Below, in pieces: positions 37,877 through 44,318 of a stretch of DNA of 44,318 nt (the first letter of the stretch is position 1; each line of letters begins with the position of its first letter). Origin of the DNA: Arenicellales bacterium (GTDB lineage: Bacteria > Pseudomonadota > Gammaproteobacteria > BMS3Bbin11); the NCBI GenBank assembly GCA_029287855.1, contig JARFQI010000063.1:1-44318 (forward strand), read 5' to 3'. Below the pieces are notes generated by a model that saw nothing but the letters and a program-made list of their open reading frames with translations, made no database searches and was not told where the DNA came from. The translations under genes were made by a program, and so were the position numbers.

Positions 37877-39382
37877 TCACTCCGCCTCTGGTCTCATGTG
37901 CGGGAACAGCAAAACATCACGAATCGACGGGCTGTCAGTGAACAGCATTACCAGGCGGTCGATGCCGATCCCCTCCCCTGCAGTTGGCGGCATGCCATGC
38001 TCAAGCGCACGGATATAATCGGCATCATAGGACATCGCTTCTTCATCACCTTCGTCTTTTTGCTTCAGCTGGTCACGGAAACGTTCTGCCTGGTCTTCCG
38101 GATCATTCAGCTCTGAGAAGCCATTGGCGATTTCACGCCCGCCGATGAATAACTCAAAACGGTCTGTCACGGTAGGATCTTCATCATTGCGTCGCGACAG
38201 CGGTGAGACCTCGACGGGATAGGCAGTGATAAATGTCGGGTCTTTTAGCTGGTGCTCACCTGTTTTCTCAAAGATTTCAATCAGCAGCTTGCCGATACCA
38301 TAGCTGTCTTTTAACGGAATCTGTAAACTTTCAGCATGTGCACGCAGGGCCGCTTCATCATCAAGCTGCTCAGCGCTTAGTCCATCATTGTATTTAAGCA
38401 CCACCTGTTTGACCGTCATGCGGGTGAAAGGCTTACCGAAGTCATACTCGTCACCCTGATAGCTGACAAGGGTATTGCCATCCTGAATTGTCTCCGTGAT
38501 ATGGCGCAGCATGTCTTCAGTCAGGTCCATTAATTCATTGTAATCGGCATAGGCCTGGTAAAACTCCACCATGGTGAATTCAGGGTTATGCCGTGTACTT
38601 AAACCTTCGTTGCGGAAATTACGGTTGATCTCGAACACACGTTCAAAACCGCCGACCACCAGGCGTTTCAGATATAACTCAGGCGCGATTCGCATGAACA
38701 GATCAATATTCAGCGCATTATGAAAGGTCTTAAAAGGACGCGCTGCCGCACCACCGGGCACCGCCTGCATCATCGGTGTTTCTACCTCGAGAAAATCCTT
38801 TTCAGTAAGAAAATCACGAATTAGGGAAATAATACGTGTTCGTTTGCGGAAACTGTCGCGCGAAGCCTGGCTCATAATCAGGTCAACATAGCGCTGGCGA
38901 TATCGAATCTCCTGATCTGTCAGCCCGTGGTATTTTTCCGGCAGCGGCCGTAGTGACTTGACCAGCAGCTGTATCGCATCAACACGGATACTTAATTCAC
39001 CCGTTTTAGTACGGAACAAGACACCTTCAACGCCAACGATATCGCCAATGTCCCATTTTTTAAAACCGGTATTGTAAAGGCCTTCCGGCAGCGAATCACG
39101 CTGAACAAAAAGCTGAATACGTCCCGACATATCCTCGACATGGGCAAAACTTGCCTTGCCCATTATACGGCGTGACATCATGCGGCCTGCCACTTTGACA
39201 CGAACCGGCTCTGCCTCCAGCTGAGCATTATCCTTGCCCTCGTAGCGGGCCAGAATTTCAGCGGCCATGGTATTGCGGCGAAAGTCATTGGGAAATGGAT
39301 TATTACCATTTTCCCGCATCGCTGTGAGTTTTTCACGACGCAGTTTGATCTGTTCGTTTTCGTTTTGAATTTCTTCTGTCAT
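37877..39382 (-). CDS. lysS: lysine--tRNA ligase (class II)
   Basis: 501-aa ORF with an OB anticodon-binding N-domain and class II motifs (FRNEG, GGLGIGIDRL-like [14 protein letters not shown]). It lies downstream of prfB as in E. coli. Confidence 0.96.
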   Translation of the reverse strand: MTEEIQNENEQIKLRREKLTAMRENGNNPFPNDFRRNTMAAEILARYEGKDNAQLEAEPVRVKVAGRMMSRRIMGKASFAHVEDMSGRIQLFVQRDSLPEGLYNTGFKKWDIGDIVGVEGVLFRTKTGELSIRVDAIQLLVKSLRPLPEKYHGLTDQEIRYRQRYVDLIMSQASRDSFRKRTRIISLIRDFLTEKDFLEVETPMMQAVPGGAAARPFKTFHNALNIDLFMRIAPELYLKRLVVGGFERVFEINRNFRNEGLSTRHNPEFTMVEFYQAYADYNELMDLTEDMLRHITETIQDGNTLVSYQGDEYDFGKPFTRMTVKQVVLKYNDGLSAEQLDDEAALRAHAESLQIPLKDSYGIGKLLIEIFEKTGEHQLKDPTFITAYPVEVSPLSRRNDEDPTVTDRFELFIGGREIANGFSELNDPEDQAERFRDQLKQKDEGDEEAMSYDADYIRALEHGMPPTAGEGIGIDRLVMLFTDSPSIRDVLLFPHMRPEAE

Positions 39383-39447
39383 GACTATTTATCTATAGTA
39401 ATGTCGCCGCCGCGAAAACGCAGTTGCAACTGTATTTTCGTCGCTAC

Positions 39448-40546
39448 TCAAAGTCCGGACTTCAAGCTCGCCTCTATGAACTGGTTCAGGTCACCATCCA
39501 GCACGGCCTGGGTATTTCCGGTCTCTACTCCGGTACGCAAATCTTTGATGCGTGATGCATCGAGTACATATGAACGTATCTGGCTGCCCCAGCCGATATC
39601 TGATTTGGCATCTTCCACCTGCTGCTGGTCGTCCTGCTGCTTCTGTATTTCCAGTTCATACAGACGTGCTTTCAACATGTCCATCGCCTGTGCCTTGTTG
39701 CGATGCTGGGAGCGGTCATTCTGGCATTGCACAACAACCCCTGTCGGCATATGTGTCAATCGCACAGCAGAGTCCGTCTTATTGACATGCTGACCGCCTG
39801 CACCGCTTGAGCGATAGGTGTCTATACGCAGGTCGGCCGGGTTGATCTCAATCTCGATACTCTCATCTATTTCCGGTGAAACAAAGACTGAAGCAAATGA
39901 TGTATGGCGGCGGTTGCCTGAATCAAACGGAGATTTTCTCACCAGGCGGTGAACGCCGGTTTCTGTACGCAACATGCCAAAGGCATACTCGCCGGTAAAC
40001 TTGATGGTGGCACTTTTAATTCCAGCCACGTCACCTTCAGAGACTTCCATCAGTTCCGTCTTAAAGCCCTGGCGTTCACCCCAGCGTAAAAACATCCGCA
40101 GCAGCATATTTGCCCAGTCCTGCGCCTCGGTACCGCCGGATCCGGCCTGGATATCCATCCAGGCATTATTGGCATCCATTTTTCCCGAAAACATGCGGCG
40201 AAACTCGAGTTCCTCCAGTTTTTTCAGCAAGCGGTCGAGATCGTTCTGAACATCGGCTAGCATCGACTCATCATTTTCTTCCTCGATCATAGAGAGAAGT
40301 TCTAACGACTCATCAATGCCATTTTCCAGCATCAGGATAACGTCGACGACCGCTTCCAGCCTGGCCCGTTCCTGGCCCAGGGATTGTGCCCTGTCCGGGT
40401 CGTTCCAGACATCCGGGCTTTCCAGTTCGCGCAGTATCTCAGTTAGCTGCTCTGATTTTGTATCGAAGTCAAAGATACCCCCTCAAAGACAGTACGCGTT
40501 CTTTCATGTCTTTGAGTTGATTCTTTAACGGATTCAGGTCTTCCAT
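39448..40546 (-). CDS. prfB: peptide chain release factor 2, expressed through a programmed +1 frameshift
   Basis: Frame 0 reads ATG at 40546 ... [25 protein letters not shown] then TGA (40469-40471). The +1 frame continues [25 protein letters not shown]... into the 294-aa ORF listed in the track, which contains SPF and [13 protein letters not shown]. The total is 365 aa, as for E. coli RF2. Confidence 0.93.
40468..40483 (-). other. RF2 autoregulatory +1 frameshift site
   Basis: The minus strand reads AGGGGG TAT CTT TGA C. This is an internal SD-like element, then a 3-nt spacer, then the CUU UGA C slippery/stop context, identical to the E. coli site. Confidence 0.9.
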
Positions 40547-40875
40547 ATTCGGATTATTATCTGCAACAAATTTGTTAAATTGCTTATGCAATACGGGGAG
40601 AACTAATCCCTGCTAATTGCCATGAATTACTTTAAAAACGCTACCTGCAACAATGCTGTATTGCCGGCGCGAAACAGCGGAGGATTCTACCAGTTCATTC
40701 GCTTGATAAGAAGCAAGCAACTACAAAGCTTTCAGGTGGATTTACCTGCTAATGGCGCATTGATTCAGGTTAATTCATGTAGAATACGGGCTATTGCGCT
40801 TTGCCTGCACTCTTTTTTCAGCCGAAGAATGATAATAATCCATCACTATCTACAAGACATTTACTCACTGTACGC

Positions 40876-41748
40876 ATGCGTATGACCCAGTTTATTCATA
40901 GTTCCAGGAAAGTATCTTCCCACATATCGGCGAGCACCAGCGTTTCACTGAAACCTCTCCTCGTACTAATCTGCCTGTTGTGCCTGTATTTTTCTGCCGC
41001 ATCAGCAGACACCCTGGCAAGCGAGAATGAGTCAGCAAATAAGATTCAGCAATACAGCTATGAAGTTGTAAATGTGTATCCCCACGACCCTGCCGCCTTC
41101 ACTCAAGGACTGATATTTAAAGACGGCCACCTGTATGAAAGCACCGGTCTCAATGGCCACTCCAGCCTGAGGAAAGTTGAACTTGAAACAGGCAAAGTAC
41201 TGCAGAAAATAGATATCGACAGGAAGTTTTTTGCAGAAGGACTGGCCAGCGGTAACGGGCAGCTGTTTCAACTAAGCTGGAGAGCCCGCACTGGCTTTGT
41301 GTATAACACAGAGACCTTTGCACTGGAGCGGACATTCAAATATCCGGGCCAGGGCTGGGGGCTGGCATTTTACAAAGATCAGCTAATCATGAGTGACGGC
41401 ACTTCTATTCTCCGTTTCCTCGACCCTGTTGACTTCAAGGAGATAAAAAAGCTGGCAGTTTCTATTGATGGAAAGCCATTAAAAAGGCTCAATGAGCTAG
41501 AAATGGTAAAAGGAAAGATTTTTGCCAACGTCTGGTTAACTGACCGGATTGCCATTATTTCACCTGAATCAGGCAGAGTGGATGGCATTGTCAATCTCGC
41601 AGGCCTGCTTGATCAATATGCAACCGTATCGAAGGCGGAGGTGCTTAACGGCATTGCCTATGACGCTGCGGATGACCGGCTTTTTGTTACCGGAAAAAAC
41701 TGGCCAAAGCTGTTTGAGATTAAAATCATAGCCGATGATTTAAAATAG
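40876..41748 (+). CDS. glutamine cyclotransferase (bacterial/plant-type glutaminyl cyclase), secreted
   Basis: YPHDPAAFTQGLIF..GHLYESTGLNGHSSLRKVELETGKV...FAEGL...WRARTGFVY is characteristic of the five-bladed QC family. A hydrophobic signal/anchor follows Met at 40876. The track's start at 40801 is non-ATG and unlikely. Confidence 0.82.
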   Translation: MRMTQFIHSSRKVSSHISASTSVSLKPLLVLICLLCLYFSAASADTLASENESANKIQQYSYEVVNVYPHDPAAFTQGLIFKDGHLYESTGLNGHSSLRKVELETGKVLQKIDIDRKFFAEGLASGNGQLFQLSWRARTGFVYNTETFALERTFKYPGQGWGLAFYKDQLIMSDGTSILRFLDPVDFKEIKKLAVSIDGKPLKRLNELEMVKGKIFANVWLTDRIAIISPESGRVDGIVNLAGLLDQYATVSKAEVLNGIAYDAADDRLFVTGKNWPKLFEIKIIADDLK

Positions 41749-41903
41749 CTCACTTTAAAATTGGTCACGGCATTCAACAAAGGGCACGAAATGAAATAGT
41801 CTGGGCACGAGGCAGCTCAATACACCGGATGCTGTAACTGTGTTTTAATTTCATATAGGATTAGATACATGATCATAATTCTCCTTTACCTCGTGGAGTA
41901 GCC

Positions 41904-42203
41904 ATGTTTCTCGATATATTTGCCCTCATCGTCATGGGTATCCTGATCGCTGTGGTTATTGTTGCAGTCGTCAAACTTGGGCCTCTGCCCGGCAACATTG
42001 CAAAAAAGCGCGGCCACCCGCAGGCCGATGCCATTAATGTACTGGGCTGGATCGGCGTTATCACGCTGGGGCTTGCCTGGCCGTTTGCACTGGTTTGGGC
42101 GTTTACCCGCAGCGCTGAACAGCAGGCCGCCTATCTCAGCGAGCGCGTCGCATTGCTGGAAACAGAGCTGGCTGCATTGAAATCAGAAGGAGATGGCCAA
42201 TGA
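41904..42203 (+). CDS. DUF3302-family small inner-membrane protein (YiaW-like)
   Basis: MFLDIFALIVMGILIAVVIVAVVKLGPLPGNIAKKRGHPQADAINVLGWIGVITLG matches the DUF3302 pattern. GGAG lies 6 nt upstream of the ATG, and the stop overlaps the HlyD gene start. Confidence 0.7.
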   Translation: MFLDIFALIVMGILIAVVIVAVVKLGPLPGNIAKKRGHPQADAINVLGWIGVITLGLAWPFALVWAFTRSAEQQAAYLSERVALLETELAALKSEGDGQ

Positions 42204-43195
42204 TAGCTTTCCTGATACTGATCTATGCGTCCTTTTATTTCCTCGTTTTTGGCAAGGGCCTGGTAAAGACGAACGCACGCAACGTCTCCATTTTTGTCGG
42301 TGTCGGCGTCGTCCTCGTCGGCATGATTATTTTTATGTGGCTAACCTACGCACCCACCACCAAGGACGGCCGTACATTTCAGTACGTCGTTCAGATCGTG
42401 CCCAATGTTGCAGGACCTGTCACAGAAGTCACTGCTGATGCACTGACACCGCTTAAAAAAGGAGACATTCTGTTCAAGATCGATCAGACACAGTACCAGG
42501 CTGCTGTTGACCAGCTCGAAGCATCAATCAAACGAACACAAGCACAAAAGCAACTCGCTGATATACAGGTTGAGCGTTCTGAAGGTCTGGTCAAACGCGC
42601 GGCTGGCTCGCAGCAGGAACTCGACACCTGGATAGCGAAACGTGATGAGGCCATCGCGGCCATCACCAGCTTTGAAGCTCAGTTAAGTAATGCACGCTGG
42701 CAACTGGATGAAACTATCGTTCGTGCACCCAGTGATGGCTTCGTCATTAACCGCCAGATTCGCCCTGGCACGCGGGTAGTCACCTTACCCGCCACGGCAC
42801 CGATGACCTTTGTCTCAACTGAAGGCACACAAATTGTTGCCAGCATGTCTCAAAGCGCGGTGAGATACGTGCAGCCAGACGATAATGTCGAGGTGGTGTT
42901 TTCTGGCCTGCCGGGCAAGGTCTATCCGGGTAAGGTTGTCGCAATCGCAAAGGCGACGGGTGAGGCACAGCTGGCACCCAGTGGCTTAATTCCTTCCTTT
43001 ACCGGCCAGCCCATAATAGGACGACGGGCCTTACGCATTGAACTGGAAGATAAAAGTATTGTCAGTGAAATGGGCCAGGGAGCGCAGACGTTTGTTGCCG
43101 TATATACAACAAAAGGCAAGCCATTCCATGTTATTACCAAGGTAGTGGTGCGCATGCAGGCGTGGCTCGGGTTCCTTACCAATCCGGCAGGTTAA
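42200..43195 (+). CDS. HlyD-family membrane fusion / periplasmic adaptor protein (YiaV-like)
   Basis: N-terminal TM helices, a lipoyl-like motif (VTEV...GDILFKID), a coiled-coil hairpin (YQAAVDQLEASIKRTQAQKQLA...) and VRAPSDGFV. Confidence 0.85.
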   Translation: MIAFLILIYASFYFLVFGKGLVKTNARNVSIFVGVGVVLVGMIIFMWLTYAPTTKDGRTFQYVVQIVPNVAGPVTEVTADALTPLKKGDILFKIDQTQYQAAVDQLEASIKRTQAQKQLADIQVERSEGLVKRAAGSQQELDTWIAKRDEAIAAITSFEAQLSNARWQLDETIVRAPSDGFVINRQIRPGTRVVTLPATAPMTFVSTEGTQIVASMSQSAVRYVQPDDNVEVVFSGLPGKVYPGKVVAIAKATGEAQLAPSGLIPSFTGQPIIGRRALRIELEDKSIVSEMGQGAQTFVAVYTTKGKPFHVITKVVVRMQAWLGFLTNPAG

Positions 43196-44318
43196 TGGTG
43201 GTGACAGGTATTAATATAAAACACTTACTTACTGCCAGTATCGGGCTATTACTGATCGTCTCAGGCTGTACCGCTGTCGGCCCTAACTTCGAAAAACCAG
43301 ATGCAGAGGTTTCGGACAGCTGGCTGGAGGCTCACGATCCGCGAGTTGACACCTCGAGCACAGCCTACAAGGACTGGTGGACAGTCTTCAATGACCCGAT
43401 TCTGATTGAGTTGATTGAACGCGCCTACAACCAGAACTTAAACCTGCAGGTGGCAGGTCTGCGAATCCTGGAAGCACGAGCACAATTGGGTATCGCTACT
43501 GGCCTGCAGTACCCACAATCACAGACGGTAGGTGCCAGCTACGCCCGTTCAAAGAGTAGCGTTAATGCGCCGCCTTTTTCCAACCTGCCGGATGATGTTG
43601 CCAACCGGGTTAACCCGACAATCAACAGCTGGTCGACCAGTTTTGATGTCGCCTGGGAGGCCGACATCTGGGGTAAATTCCGCCGCGGTGTCGAGGCAGC
43701 GGATGCCAACCTGGCGGCCAATATGCTCAATTATGATGCTGTCCTGGTTACCCTGAGTGGCGATATAGCCCTGCTCTACACCACTATCCGCACCCTCGAA
43801 CAACGCCTGTCCTATACAGAGGAAAACGTAAAACTTCAGAAACAGGCCTTGAAGCTTGCCACTGCAAGATTTGACCTGGGTGCCACGTCTGAACTGGATG
43901 TTCAACAATCGATAAGCCTGGTGAAGAATACCGAATCACTGCTGCCTTTCTTCAAAATGAAAATCCGCCAGTCTAAAAATGCTTTGAGTGTACTGCTCGG
44001 TATGCCGCCGAATGATCTTGAAGATGTGCTGAAAGGGCCTGCCGAAATACCCCAGGCACCAACTCTCGCTGCAGTCGGCATTCCGGCTGACCTGATCCGG
44101 CGGCGTCCCGACGTACGCGCTGCAGAAATGGTCGCTGCTGCTCAGTCTGCAACCATCGGCATCGCCAAGGCAGATCTCTATCCCCAGTTCGTGCTGGCAG
44201 GTTCGATCGGCCTGGCAGGTGCCACTTTTTCAGACCAGTTCCAGTCCGGCAGCGGCACTGGTTTTATTACGCCCCTGATCAACTGGAACATTTTCAATTA
44301 CGGACGTATCAAGAATAA
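43195..44318 (+). CDS. NodT-family outer-membrane efflux lipoprotein (3' end outside the window)
   Basis: The ATG overlaps the preceding TAA (TAATG). Lipobox LLIVSGC is followed by GPNFEKP...WWTVFNDPILIELIERAYNQNLNLQVAGLRILEARAQ and the second repeat RRPDVRAAE. The frame stays open to the window end, so it is absent from the ORF track. Confidence 0.85.
   Translation, partial: MVVTGINIKHLLTASIGLLLIVSGCTAVGPNFEKPDAEVSDSWLEAHDPRVDTSSTAYKDWWTVFNDPILIELIERAYNQNLNLQVAGLRILEARAQLGIATGLQYPQSQTVGASYARSKSSVNAPPFSNLPDDVANRVNPTINSWSTSFDVAWEADIWGKFRRGVEAADANLAANMLNYDAVLVTLSGDIALLYTTIRTLEQRLSYTEENVKLQKQALKLATARFDLGATSELDVQQSISLVKNTESLLPFFKMKIRQSKNALSVLLGMPPNDLEDVLKGPAEIPQAPTLAAVGIPADLIRRRPDVRAAEMVAAAQSATIGIAKADLYPQFVLAGSIGLAGATFSDQFQSGSGTGFITPLINWNIFNYGRIKN

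Noticed and set aside
40622-40885. 87-aa ORF and the 25-codon N-terminal extension (40801-40875) of the glutaminyl cyclase ORF
   Set aside because: They have non-ATG or unsupported starts and no RBS. The cyclase signal/anchor sequence begins right after the ATG at 40876, so the region is more likely the shared prfB/cyclase promoter region.

Overview
This looks like a chromosomal segment of a gammaproteobacterium, and most of it is housekeeping. The gene order follows the E. coli and Pseudomonas blocks guaA-guaB / xseA / der-bamB-yfgM-hisS-rodZ-rlmN and iscR-iscS-iscA-hscB-hscA-fdx-iscX. These are followed by cysG-cysE, lolC-lolD, lysS-prfB, a glutaminyl cyclase and a DUF3302-HlyD-NodT efflux module that runs off the 3' edge. 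A ParE-like toxin fragment enters from the 5' edge. I found no rRNA, tRNA, CRISPR array, transposase or integrase. The lineage-specific content sits at about 24.4-35.0 kb. The best candidate for an undescribed system is a tightly spaced, co-directional six-gene cluster at 24440-29430. It encodes a Sel1-repeat protein, a MoxR-type AAA+ ATPase, a zincin-like/VWA protein, a 378-aa unknown, a Cys-rich DUF2237-like protein and a 178-aa orphan, and it lies directly upstream of cysG-cysE-isc. Other points worth a second look:
- the isc operon has no iscU;
- mtaB is appended to the isc operon;
- ispG and ndk are missing from their usual slots;
- a 390-aa coiled-coil orphan lies between xseA/M23 and der;
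- a divergent pair of unknown genes is linked to a 2OG-Fe(II) oxygenase;
- a structured 480-bp non-coding region carries a C8T6 tract;
- a REP-like inverted pair bracketed by a ~50-bp direct repeat lies between lolC and lysS;
- prfB has the classical +1 frameshift.
All functional calls come from reading the translations and recognising motifs. No database search was run.
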